A DNA stretch of 64,000 bases. Source: an uncultured Chromatiales bacterium. GTDB lineage: Bacteria; Pseudomonadota; Gammaproteobacteria; SZUA-140. The notes beneath the pieces were generated by a model. The model saw only the letters and a list, made by a program, of their open reading frames with translations. It made no database searches and was not told where the DNA came from. Within the stretch, counting starts at the first letter, position 1, and every line of letters begins with the position of its first letter. Below are positions 31,113 to 40,430 of this stretch, in pieces. The stretch spans positions 119,962-183,961 of the forward strand of contig CAZOOF010000001.1 of the NCBI GenBank assembly GCA_964581365.1, read 5' to 3'. The position numbers were made by a program, and so were the translations under genes.

Positions 31113-31233
31113 AACGCTCCGATGCACGCCCGGAGTCCCAGGAGTTGACCCCGCACGATGCGCAGGCCCGGCCCGCCGCCGGCAATCTCTTTTAAATCCA
31201 ATACTGTTACAAATCCATACAGTTGGAGGTCAC

Positions 31234-32433
31234 ATGAAGGCGAAAGATCGTCGATTGGCGGAATTGCGCAGCTCGATTCCGGAAGTTGCTCCCAGCGAGG
31301 CGGTGCAGCTCACCGCCGCCGGCATTCCTCTGATCGATGTGCGCGACACCGACGAAGTCGCTCAGGGCAGCCCAAGCGGCGCCCATCGCCTGGGCCGCAG
31401 CTTCCTCGAGCTCCGGGTCGAGGATGCGATTCCCGATTTCGATCAGACCGTACTGGTGATGTGCGCCGGCGGCGTCCGCTCCCTTTTCGCCGCCGAGACG
31501 CTGCGCCAGATGGGCTACAAGGACGTGCGTTCGGTGGCGGGAGGCTTCAGCCGCTGGAAGAACGAAGGGCATCCGTTCGAGATTCCCGTGACACTCGACG
31601 CCGAAGCGCGCGAGCGCTATTCGCGCCACCTGCTGATGCCGGACGTCGGCGAGAAAGGTCAGATCCGTCTGCTCGAAAGCAAGGTGCTCCTGATCGGCGC
31701 CGGCGGCCTGGGCTCACCTTCCGCCTTTTATCTCGCCGCGGCAGGCGTAGGCACCATCGGCCTGGTCGATCACGATGTGGTCGATCGCAGCAATCTGCAG
31801 CGCCAGATCCTGCACTCCGAAGAGCGGGTCGGCATGCCCAAGGTCGAATCGGCCAAGATCGCGCTGCAGGCGATCAATCCAAAGATCAACATCAACACCT
31901 ATCAGACGCATCTCGACAGCAGCAACGTCGAAGAGATCTTTGCCGATTACGATGTCATCGTGGACGGCTCCGATAATCTGGCCACGCGTTATCTGGTCAA
32001 CGACGCCTGCGTCAAGATGGGCAAACCCAACGTGCATGCCGCCGTTTACCGCTTCGAAGGCCAGATCACGGTGTTCTGGCCTGCCTACGACAAGCAGCCG
32101 TGCGGCTGCTACCGGTGCATGTTCCCGGAACCGCCACCGCCGGAGTTCGCGCCTTCCTGTGCGGAGGCGGGAGTGCTGGGCGTAATGCCGGGCACGCTTG
32201 GCCTGTTGCAGGCGGTAGAGACGATCAAGATCCTGCTGGGACTGGGCGAACCGCTCGTCGGCCGCATGCTGCACTACGATGCGTTGAGCTCGCGCTTTAC
32301 CGAACTGAAGGTGCGCAAGAACCCGAAGTGCCGCTATTGTGCCGAGGGCGCCGAGTTCCCGGGATACGAAGACTATGCCCAGGTCTGCGCCTCGACACCT
32401 CCGGCTGCGGAACCACGCAAGGCTGCGGGCTGA
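31234..32433 (+). CDS. Rhodanese-MoeB fusion (MoeZ-type adenylyltransferase/sulfurtransferase, rhodanese N-terminal)
   Basis: IDVRD...CAGGVRS rhodanese loop, then RYSRH, GAGGLG, NLQRQ, CYRC, CRYC. Confidence 0.9.
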   Translation: MKAKDRRLAELRSSIPEVAPSEAVQLTAAGIPLIDVRDTDEVAQGSPSGAHRLGRSFLELRVEDAIPDFDQTVLVMCAGGVRSLFAAETLRQMGYKDVRSVAGGFSRWKNEGHPFEIPVTLDAEARERYSRHLLMPDVGEKGQIRLLESKVLLIGAGGLGSPSAFYLAAAGVGTIGLVDHDVVDRSNLQRQILHSEERVGMPKVESAKIALQAINPKININTYQTHLDSSNVEEIFADYDVIVDGSDNLATRYLVNDACVKMGKPNVHAAVYRFEGQITVFWPAYDKQPCGCYRCMFPEPPPPEFAPSCAEAGVLGVMPGTLGLLQAVETIKILLGLGEPLVGRMLHYDALSSRFTELKVRKNPKCRYCAEGAEFPGYEDYAQVCASTPPAAEPRKAAG

Positions 32434-32452
32434 ACGAGCCCATCTGGGAAGA

Positions 32453-32489
32453 AACGAAAAAGGGGGCCTCGGTGGCCCCCTTTTTCGTT
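32453..32489. terminator. Bidirectional intrinsic terminator
   Basis: AACGAAAAAGGGGGCC-TCGGT-GGCCCCCTTTTTCGTT between convergent genes. Confidence 0.88.
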
Positions 32490-32519
32490 CAAGGCAATCG
32501 GTAAACCGGCAACCGATGC

Positions 32520-33440
32520 TCAGGTGAAGCTGGCTGCCATCTGATCCAGTCCCTCGGCTCCCTCCATGACACGGCCCAGGATGGCGATCGCCTGGTATTC
32601 ACCGATGCCCAGAGAATCCCATATGGTTGACGGCACCGTGGTATCGCGGACGTCTTCCCCCATTTCGTGTCGCTTCAGCAGACGATCGGCGAGGAACACC
32701 AGCTGCGGATACACCGCGTGGATCTCCTGGTAACCGGGGTTGTGATGCTCGCGGGTTGCGATGATGACCTCTTCCGGCAGGTTCCATGCCGCCATGAGCC
32801 AGGCACCGATAGTGGCATGGTCGGTCCCCAGAACGCGACGCTCGATCAGCTCCACCGGCCGATCCGGATACTTGAGAATGAACTTGTTCAGGATGAGGAA
32901 CTCCTGCTTGAACAGGTGCCCGAGCAGCAGATGGCCGAAGTTGTGCAGCAGTCCAGCCAGATAGGCCATTCCGGCCGGCGGCCGCGACTCCATGGGTACC
33001 GCCCCGCTCAGCGCCTGAACCAGCGCAGCGCTGTAGATCGCATGACGCCAGAAAGACTCCAGCCCGAGCGGCACGTTGCGCGGAATTTTGAATGACCGGG
33101 CGGCAGTGGCACCCAGTGCCAGATTGAGAACGGTGTTGTAGCCAAGTACGCGGGTTACCGCAGTCTGCACGGAATCGATACGCCCCTGATAAGCGAAGTA
33201 AGGGGACGACGCATAGCGCATGACCTGCATCGCGAGACTGGGATCGAGCTCGACGATCTTCACCAGCTCCTTGACGTCCGCATGAGGATTCCCGCTCAGC
33301 TGAAGAATCCTGCTGGTCATCTCCGGCATCGGCGGCAGCCGGTCCAGCTTTCTCAGTCGAGTGCGAATGTCGAGCAGCGGCTGATTCGCGGCAGGCGTCG
33401 AGGCTTGCCTGGCGTCTGTCTTCGGCTCGGGACTGCTCAT
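32520..33440 (-). CDS. HDOD domain protein
   Basis: LPPMP, DPSL...ANS-like segment, FWRHA, AGLLHNFG, W.LP, HH. Confidence 0.88.
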   Translation of the reverse strand: MSSPEPKTDARQASTPAANQPLLDIRTRLRKLDRLPPMPEMTSRILQLSGNPHADVKELVKIVELDPSLAMQVMRYASSPYFAYQGRIDSVQTAVTRVLGYNTVLNLALGATAARSFKIPRNVPLGLESFWRHAIYSAALVQALSGAVPMESRPPAGMAYLAGLLHNFGHLLLGHLFKQEFLILNKFILKYPDRPVELIERRVLGTDHATIGAWLMAAWNLPEEVIIATREHHNPGYQEIHAVYPQLVFLADRLLKRHEMGEDVRDTTVPSTIWDSLGIGEYQAIAILGRVMEGAEGLDQMAASFT

Positions 33441-33689
33441 GGATGACCTCCGAATGGCGCGCGGTTTGGAAACACCGCGCCGATTGCCGGAAACGGCAGC
33501 ATGACCGATTCCTCATTCGATATCGGCACCGCCCGATTGTCCGTGAAATCCCGCGGTCGAAACCGTGACCTCACGCACGCATTGAAGGACGCGGCGCGCG
33601 CGAGGAGCGCCGCGCGTCGTTTGACAGCCCCGGCACCGATCGGGAACAATAACGCGCTGATCCCAAAATAGAATTCTGAGGAACCCCGG

Positions 33690-35942
33690 TTGTCGTCCCA
33701 GCCCTCCCGCGCGTACGGACCACGGACCCGAAAGCGGCCCCCGCGCGTGAGACGACACCGCCCCCCGCGCGCCGCGCTGCTGGGCCTCCTGCTGCTCGCC
33801 GGTCCCTGCGCGCTTGCCGCCGGGACAGAATCGGACCTCTTCGCGCTATGCCGTCCCGAGCATGCCGTTCAGCCACCTCTTCCCCAAAGCGCCGGACCCG
33901 GCATGACCGTTCTGACCGCGAACGAAGCCTCCGCCGATGGCGATGGCGCGGTTACGCTGACCGGAGACGTGCGGGCGATCCAGGATGGACAGGCTCTCAA
34001 TGCCGACTATGCCCGCTACGATCAGAACAGTGCCCGCATCGCGGTCGACGGCAATGTGGTTTACCTGCGCGAGGGTCTGGCGATCGATGGTGATCAGGGC
34101 GAGTTCAGTCTGGACTCTGACACCGGCGAGCTGGCATCGGCGCGGTTCCGCCTGTTCTCGCGTCATGCACGCGGCGAGGCCCAGACCGCCCGGATGCTCG
34201 ATTCCAGCATCACGGAACTGAGCGCCGCAAGCTACACCACCTGCGATCCCGGCGATGAGGACTGGCTGTTACGCGCCTCGCGGGTACGCCTGGATCGCGC
34301 CTCGGGCATCGGCACCGCTCGCAATGCGCGTCTGTCGTTCATGGGTGTGCCGATCCTGTACACACCCTGGATCAGCTTTCCGATCGATGACCGGCGCCGC
34401 ACCGGATTCCTTTATCCGAATGTTCGCGACTCTTCGAGCAACGGCCTCGAGTTTTCCATCCCCTATTACCTGAACCTGGCGCCAAACTACGACGCCACCC
34501 TGACGCCGCGCCACATGAAAAAACGCGGACTGATGCTGGAATCGGAATTCCGCTACCTCGGGGAACGGTATGAAGGCCTGGTGGATGTATCGTGGCTGCG
34601 CAACGATCAGGAGATCCAGCGCAAGCGCAGCCTGATCGGCTATCGCCACAACACCCTCCCCGGCACCGGGTTCAACCTCGACATCGATTACAACCGGGTA
34701 TCGGATTCGGCTTACTTCGACGATTTCGGCAACGATCTCGGCATCGCCAGCATCACCCACCTGGAACAGCGCGCAGTGCTCGGCTACCAGGCCAGCAACT
34801 GGATGGCCTCCGCGCGCGTTCAGCGCTACCAGACGGTGGATGAGGCGATCGCGGCCAATCGGCGGCCCTATCGCCAAGAGCCGGCGCTCACCTTCCGGAG
34901 CCAGCTGCCGGAGTACAACTTCCGGCCCAACGCCCGCCTGATCGGCACCTATGTCGACTTCCGGCACGAGACTCGCCTGGAAGGCCAGCGCATCGAGCTC
35001 CAGCCGGCGCTGACGTTCCCGATGCACAGCCTCGCCGCCTATCTCCAGCCGACCATCACCCTGCGGCATACGGCCTACCACCTGGAGGAGGTACCGGGCG
35101 ACAGTCGGCTCCAGCGCACGCTGCCGGTCGTGACGGTAGACAGCGGCATCTTTCTGGAGCGCAACCTGAACTGGGGTTCGCGAGGGCTGATCCAGACTCT
35201 GGAGCCGCGCCTTTACTACCTTTATGTGCCCTATCGGGACCAGGATCATCTGCCCGTCTTCGACGCAGGCGTTCCCGACTTCAACTTCAGTCAGCTCTTC
35301 CGGGACAACCGCTTCAATGGCTCCGATCGCGTCGGCGATGCGAACCATCTCGCCGCTGCGCTGGTCACCCGCTTCATCGATGCGCAGACCGGACGGGAAT
35401 GGCTCAATGCCGGAATCGGCCGGATTCATTATTTTCGCGACCGCTTGGTCCGCCTCTCCGGCGACCCCCTGACTGCGCGCCGCTCCGACCTGGTGGGCGA
35501 AGTTACTGCCACCCTGGGGCAGGTCAGCGCCCGCCTGGACGCGCGCCGGAGCGAAGATACCGGCGAGGTGGATGTCGCCGGTATCTCCTTGCAGTACCGG
35601 CCCGGCCCCCGCCAGCTGATAGGGGCGAGCTACCGCTTCCGTGAGGAGACACTCGAACAGACCGACTTCACCGTGCTGTGGCCGCTCGGCCGCCGCTGGC
35701 ATGCCGTCGCGCGCCACAATTACTCACTCCACGACAGGCGCACGCTGGAGACCATCGCCGGGTTCGAGTACCGGAGCTGCTGCTGGCGCGCGCGCCTGGT
35801 GAACCGGCGGCACCTGGAGAACGTCACCGGAGAAGACATCGAGTACAAGCGCAGCATCTACCTGCAGATCGAATTCATCGGTCTCGCCAGCCTGGGAGAC
35901 GACCTCGAGAGCCTGCTGGAACGTGGTATCCTTGGCTACTAG
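33690..35942 (+). CDS. lptD: LPS-assembly protein LptD
   Basis: YTTC, RRTGFLYP, PYYLNLAPNYD, TLEPRLYY, EYRSCCW; start uncertain. Confidence 0.95.
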   Translation: MSSQPSRAYGPRTRKRPPRVRRHRPPRAALLGLLLLAGPCALAAGTESDLFALCRPEHAVQPPLPQSAGPGMTVLTANEASADGDGAVTLTGDVRAIQDGQALNADYARYDQNSARIAVDGNVVYLREGLAIDGDQGEFSLDSDTGELASARFRLFSRHARGEAQTARMLDSSITELSAASYTTCDPGDEDWLLRASRVRLDRASGIGTARNARLSFMGVPILYTPWISFPIDDRRRTGFLYPNVRDSSSNGLEFSIPYYLNLAPNYDATLTPRHMKKRGLMLESEFRYLGERYEGLVDVSWLRNDQEIQRKRSLIGYRHNTLPGTGFNLDIDYNRVSDSAYFDDFGNDLGIASITHLEQRAVLGYQASNWMASARVQRYQTVDEAIAANRRPYRQEPALTFRSQLPEYNFRPNARLIGTYVDFRHETRLEGQRIELQPALTFPMHSLAAYLQPTITLRHTAYHLEEVPGDSRLQRTLPVVTVDSGIFLERNLNWGSRGLIQTLEPRLYYLYVPYRDQDHLPVFDAGVPDFNFSQLFRDNRFNGSDRVGDANHLAAALVTRFIDAQTGREWLNAGIGRIHYFRDRLVRLSGDPLTARRSDLVGEVTATLGQVSARLDARRSEDTGEVDVAGISLQYRPGPRQLIGASYRFREETLEQTDFTVLWPLGRRWHAVARHNYSLHDRRTLETIAGFEYRSCCWRARLVNRRHLENVTGEDIEYKRSIYLQIEFIGLASLGDDLESLLERGILGY

Positions 35943-36030
35943 CGCGTTCCCTCTGCTCTGCGCCGATCCGCGCCGGCCTCGGCCGCGCGACGCCCGACTC
36001 CGGACATCCGACATACAGTTTCTGGACATC

Positions 36031-37311
36031 ATGAAAAAGATCCTCGCTTCTGGCCTGTTCTGGCTCTTTCTGATCGGCTCGGGCGCGCATGCTGCGACTA
36101 CTCCCGTAGACAGCATCGTTGCCATCGTCAACGATGACGTCGTCACCCGGATCGAACTCGACGAGCAGCTGCGCACGGTCAAAGCTCAGCTGCGCCAGCA
36201 ACGCATCGCCCTTCCCGAGGATGAGATTCTCAGGCGTCAGGTGCTCGAACGCATGGCACTCGAACGCATCCAGCTGCAGATCGCGCGCCAGGTAAACATA
36301 GTCGTCGACGACGATGCGCTTAACCAGGCTATCAATGGCATCGCCGCCCAGAACGGGTTGTCCCTGACCGAGTTTCGCGCGGTGCTGCAGGATGAGGGCT
36401 ACGACTTCACCCTGTTCCGCGAGAACATCCGCAAGGAAATGACTCTGGTAAGACTGCGCCAGCAGAATGTCGACAGCCGCATCAATATCACCGATCAGGA
36501 GATCGAAAACTTCCTTGCCATACAGCGCCGACAGGGACGCAGCAATGACGAGTATCGCATCGGTCATATCCTCCTCGCCCTGCCCGACGGCGCGACGCCG
36601 GAACAGATCGCCGAAGTGCGCGCACGCGCCGAAGCGGTGCTGGAGCGCCTGCGCGCCGGAGAGGATTTCAGCGAGCTCGCCATCGCCATGTCCGATGGGC
36701 AGCAAGCCCTCGACGGCGGCGACCTGGGCTGGCGGCGGGCGAATGAGATCCCTACGCTGTTCGCCGACCTGGTGCCGCAGATGCGGGTAGGCGACATCAG
36801 CGATCCCATCCGCAGCAGCAGCGGGTTTCACATCATCCGCCTGTCGGATCACCGCACGGCGGAACGGCACATCATCGAACAGACGCGCGCCCGCCACATT
36901 CTGGTCAGGGCCGACGAACTGACCGACGATGCGCAGGCACGGCAGATGGCCGGTCAGTTGCGCGAGCGCATTCTCGCCGGGGCCGATTTCGCCGAGCTTG
37001 CCCGCGAGCATTCGGATGATCGCGCCAGCGGCGCGCGCGGCGGCGACCTCGGCTGGGTGGAGCCCGGCATGATGGTCCCTGCGTTCGAACAGGCGATGGA
37101 TGCGCTCGAACCTGGCGAGATCAGCGAGCCGGTGCAGAGCGAGTTTGGCTGGCATCTGGTCCAGGTTCTGGAACGGCGCAGCCACGACGCGACGGAGGAA
37201 TTCACCCGCGACATGGCCCGCGAATCCATTTTCCGCCGCAAAGCGGAAGAGGAATTCGCCGAATGGCTGCGTCGCCTGCGCGAGGAGGCCTATGTCGAGT
37301 TCCGTGACTGA
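36031..37311 (+). CDS. surA: Periplasmic chaperone/PPIase SurA
   Basis: IVAIVND N-domain and two parvulin domains (HIL...GGDLGW...GFH/GWH); follows lptD. Confidence 0.94.
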   Translation: MKKILASGLFWLFLIGSGAHAATTPVDSIVAIVNDDVVTRIELDEQLRTVKAQLRQQRIALPEDEILRRQVLERMALERIQLQIARQVNIVVDDDALNQAINGIAAQNGLSLTEFRAVLQDEGYDFTLFRENIRKEMTLVRLRQQNVDSRINITDQEIENFLAIQRRQGRSNDEYRIGHILLALPDGATPEQIAEVRARAEAVLERLRAGEDFSELAIAMSDGQQALDGGDLGWRRANEIPTLFADLVPQMRVGDISDPIRSSSGFHIIRLSDHRTAERHIIEQTRARHILVRADELTDDAQARQMAGQLRERILAGADFAELAREHSDDRASGARGGDLGWVEPGMMVPAFEQAMDALEPGEISEPVQSEFGWHLVQVLERRSHDATEEFTRDMARESIFRRKAEEEFAEWLRRLREEAYVEFRD

Positions 37312-38326
37312 GGGACCGCATGCTTCCAATGGCGTGATTGCGATCACCCCCGGCGAACCTGGCGGCATTGGTCCTGACATCTGCGTGCAGATCGCCGCGC
37401 TGCGTGCTCCGCGGGAATTCGATTACGATCTGGTCTTTGTCGCCGATCCCAAGCTGCTGCGCGAACGCGCGCTCCTGCTCGGCCTGGAGCTGGACTTCCG
37501 AGAGTACGACGGCCGCCCGTCGAGGAGTTGCGAGGCGGGCACTCTCACCTTCGTACCGGTTCCCTGTCCGGCGCCCGTTCATCCCGGCACAGCCGATCCG
37601 GCCACGGCAAGGTACGTGCTCGACACGCTGGACCGCGCCATCGCAGGATGCAGGAGCGGCGAGTTCGCTGCGCTCGTCACCGGCCCAGTTCACAAGGCGG
37701 CGATAAATCGCGGCGGCATCCCTTTTACCGGCCACACCGAGTATCTCGCCGCCGCCACCGGCTGCCAGCGGGTAGTAATGATGCTTGCGACCCACGATCT
37801 GCGCGTCGCCCTGGTCACCACCCACCTGCCACTGCGCGAGGTCTGTGATGCGATAACGCGAGAGAGTGTGGAAGACACGCTGCGCATTCTGATCCACGAC
37901 CTGCGGACACGCTTTGGTATCACCGAGCCGCGCGTCCTGGTCTGTGGACTCAACCCTCATGCCGGCGAAGGCGGCGAGCTCGGCACCGAAGACGACGCGC
38001 ACATCCGCCCGGCCATCGAGGCGCTGCGCGCCGAAGGCCGGCAGGTTCGCGGCCCCTGGCCAGCCGATTCCGCCTTTCTTCCCGATATTCTCCACGATAC
38101 GGATGTCGTGCTGGCGATGTACCACGATCAGGGGTTGCCGGTCCTCAAACACCACGGATTCGGCGACGCGGTGAACATCACACTCGGCCTGCCGCTCATC
38201 CGGACCTCGGTCGACCACGGGACGGCGCTCGAACTCGCCGGCAGCGGCAGGGCCGACATCGGCAGCATGATTCAGGCTCTGCGCACCGCCCAGGCCATGA
38301 TCGCGGCGGAAAGGAACGTTTCCTGA
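37304..38326 (+). CDS. pdxA: 4-hydroxythreonine-4-phosphate dehydrogenase
   Basis: [39 protein letters not shown]; GTG start overlaps surA. Confidence 0.95.
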   Translation: MTEGPHASNGVIAITPGEPGGIGPDICVQIAALRAPREFDYDLVFVADPKLLRERALLLGLELDFREYDGRPSRSCEAGTLTFVPVPCPAPVHPGTADPATARYVLDTLDRAIAGCRSGEFAALVTGPVHKAAINRGGIPFTGHTEYLAAATGCQRVVMMLATHDLRVALVTTHLPLREVCDAITRESVEDTLRILIHDLRTRFGITEPRVLVCGLNPHAGEGGELGTEDDAHIRPAIEALRAEGRQVRGPWPADSAFLPDILHDTDVVLAMYHDQGLPVLKHHGFGDAVNITLGLPLIRTSVDHGTALELAGSGRADIGSMIQALRTAQAMIAAERNVS

Positions 38327-39123
38327 GCGCTCATCCGGCGGGGGCGAAGAAGCGGCTGGGACAGCATTTCCTGCATGCGCCCGGCATCATCGCCGCCATC
38401 ATCGACGCGATCGCGCCGCGCCCCGGGGAACGGCTGCTGGAAATCGGGCCCGGTCGCGGCGCGATCACCGTGCCGCTGCTCGAGGCTGGAGCCAGCCTGG
38501 ACGTCATCGAGTTCGACCGTGATCTGGTGCCTGCGCTCCTCGATCTGGCCGAGCGCATGGATGGGCGTCTGCGCGTGCACCAGGGCGACGCCCTCGAAGC
38601 CGACATCTGCGCCATCGCCGCCGGCGCGAGATTGCGCGTCGTCGGCAATCTGCCCTACAACATTTCCACCCCGCTGATCTTCCGCCTGCTCGAACAGCGC
38701 GACTGCATCGCCGATATGCATTTCATGCTGCAAAAGGAAGTGGTGGACCGCATGGTCTGCCCGCCCGGGAGCCGCGACTATGGGCGGTTGAGCGTGATGG
38801 TTCAGTACTACTGCGAGGCCAGGCGGCTGTTCACCATCGGCCCTGGCGCCTTCAATCCGCCGCCGAAAGTCGATTCTGCCTTCGTCCGCCTGGTACCGCA
38901 TGCGCTGGAAGCAATGCCGCCCGGGGTGGACGACACCGTTTTCGCTGCAGTGGTCCGCGCCGCTTTCGCCCAGAGGCGAAAGACGCTGCGCAATGCGCTG
39001 CAGGGATTACTGGATGCCGAAGATTTTCAGACGGCGGGAATCGACAGCAGACTGCGCGCCGAACAGCTGGGCCTGGAGGAATTTGCCGCACTGTCAAGGC
39101 AACGGCAGGTAAGGACCGGATAA
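38323..39123 (+). CDS. rsmA: 16S rRNA m6,2A1518/1519 dimethyltransferase (KsgA); probable CTG start
   Basis: The frame upstream of the listed 38470 start encodes [10 protein letters not shown] and EIGPG; then [20 protein letters not shown]. Confidence 0.93.
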   Translation: MSAHPAGAKKRLGQHFLHAPGIIAAIIDAIAPRPGERLLEIGPGRGAITVPLLEAGASLDVIEFDRDLVPALLDLAERMDGRLRVHQGDALEADICAIAAGARLRVVGNLPYNISTPLIFRLLEQRDCIADMHFMLQKEVVDRMVCPPGSRDYGRLSVMVQYYCEARRLFTIGPGAFNPPPKVDSAFVRLVPHALEAMPPGVDDTVFAAVVRAAFAQRRKTLRNALQGLLDAEDFQTAGIDSRLRAEQLGLEEFAALSRQRQVRTG

Positions 39124-39147
39124 GCGCATAGCGCCACCGCCTTCGGA

Positions 39148-39873
39148 CTATCGGCTCTGAGCCTGATCCCGTTCCAGCTCCCGCGTAACGGTTTCGATCC
39201 ACACCTGCGCTTCGTCGCGGATCTGTTCCGCACTCTTGCCACGAGTCTCGATCGTCGGCCCCACCACCATGCGCACGGTACCGGGACGCTTCAGAAAACC
39301 ACGCCGGGGCCAGAACTGACCCGCGTTGTGAGCAACCGGCACCACGGGATAGCCGGATTGCTCGGCCAGCGCCGGTCCGCCGATTCCGTAGCGACCCGTT
39401 TCTCCCGGCGCAACCCGGGTCCCCTCCGGGAATATGATCACCCAACGCCCGGCATCGAGATGGCGGCGGCCCTCCGCGACGAGATGATTGATGGCGCGGC
39501 GTCCGGCTTTGCGGTCGATGGCAATGGGATCGAGAAGCGCCAGCCCCCAGCCAAAAAATGGGATCCACAGCAGCTCCCGTTTCAGGAGCCATATCTGATG
39601 AGGGAAAACCTGCTGCAGTGCAAGCGTCTCCCAGGCCGACTGGTGCTTGCAGAATACGATCGCCGGGCCACGCGGGATGCGATCCGTGCCCTCGACGCTG
39701 TAACCGAGGCCGCAGATCCGCCGCAACAGCCACAGATTGATGCGGGCCCACTGGCTGATGAAGCGATAGCGTCGCTCCAGCGATAGCGGGAAGGTGAGCA
39801 GAGCAAGCGGAGCAAAGATCACGACCGTGATCCCCATTCCCATGGCGAACAACAGAGAGCGCAGAAAGATCAT
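39148..39873 (-). CDS. plsC: 1-acyl-sn-glycerol-3-phosphate acyltransferase
   Basis: KHQSAWET, IFPEGTR. Confidence 0.88.
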   Translation of the reverse strand: MIFLRSLLFAMGMGITVVIFAPLALLTFPLSLERRYRFISQWARINLWLLRRICGLGYSVEGTDRIPRGPAIVFCKHQSAWETLALQQVFPHQIWLLKRELLWIPFFGWGLALLDPIAIDRKAGRRAINHLVAEGRRHLDAGRWVIIFPEGTRVAPGETGRYGIGGPALAEQSGYPVVPVAHNAGQFWPRRGFLKRPGTVRMVVGPTIETRGKSAEQIRDEAQVWIETVTRELERDQAQSR

Positions 39874-40430
39874 ATCGGGTGTCGCGTTTCCCGGGCGAGA
39901 AGAGCCGCGACGGCTGCGCCGAGGTCGGGTTGAATCTCCACACCGACCAGTGTCTGCAGAACGGCATCACTCAGTGATGCCGCCAGCCCCGTGGTAACCA
40001 GCACGGGAAGCATGTTGAGCGCTTCCGCAGCCTGGATACCTTCCAGTGAATCGCTGATCATTGCCACACCGGTCAGATCCGTCTCCAGACGACGCTGCAG
40101 TTCGAGCAGCAGCCCAGGCGCCGGCAGATGACAACCGCAGCCTTCGTCGGCGCGATGGGGACAGTAGAGCATCGCATCGATACGCCCCCCGGCCATACTC
40201 ACCTCGCGCGCCACATGCGCGTGAATGCGCACCAGCGCGCCCGGCTCCATGCGCCCCTCCCCGATCGCCGGCTCATTGTTGACCGCAACCACATGGAAAT
40301 GGGCGTGATGCAGACGCGCGATAGCGGCCAGGGCGCCAGGCAGCGGCCGCCAGTCCCCGGTGTCCAGCACGCCATCGGCGCGCCGTTCATTGATCACGCC
40401 GTCGCGGCCGAGCACCACCAGGCGCATCAT
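39870..40430 (-). CDS. gmhB: GmhB-like HAD phosphatase, catalytic motif degenerate
   Basis: LGRDGVIN (canonical LDRDG), CPH...CGC; usual glyS-gmhB-plsC position. Confidence 0.75.
   Translation of the reverse strand: MMRLVVLGRDGVINERRADGVLDTGDWRPLPGALAAIARLHHAHFHVVAVNNEPAIGEGRMEPGALVRIHAHVAREVSMAGGRIDAMLYCPHRADEGCGCHLPAPGLLLELQRRLETDLTGVAMISDSLEGIQAAEALNMLPVLVTTGLAASLSDAVLQTLVGVEIQPDLGAAVAALLARETRHPI

Noticed and set aside
8465-32500. The block as a mobile genomic island or prophage
   Set aside because: No integrase, transposase, tRNA site, flanking direct repeats or obvious GC shift seen.
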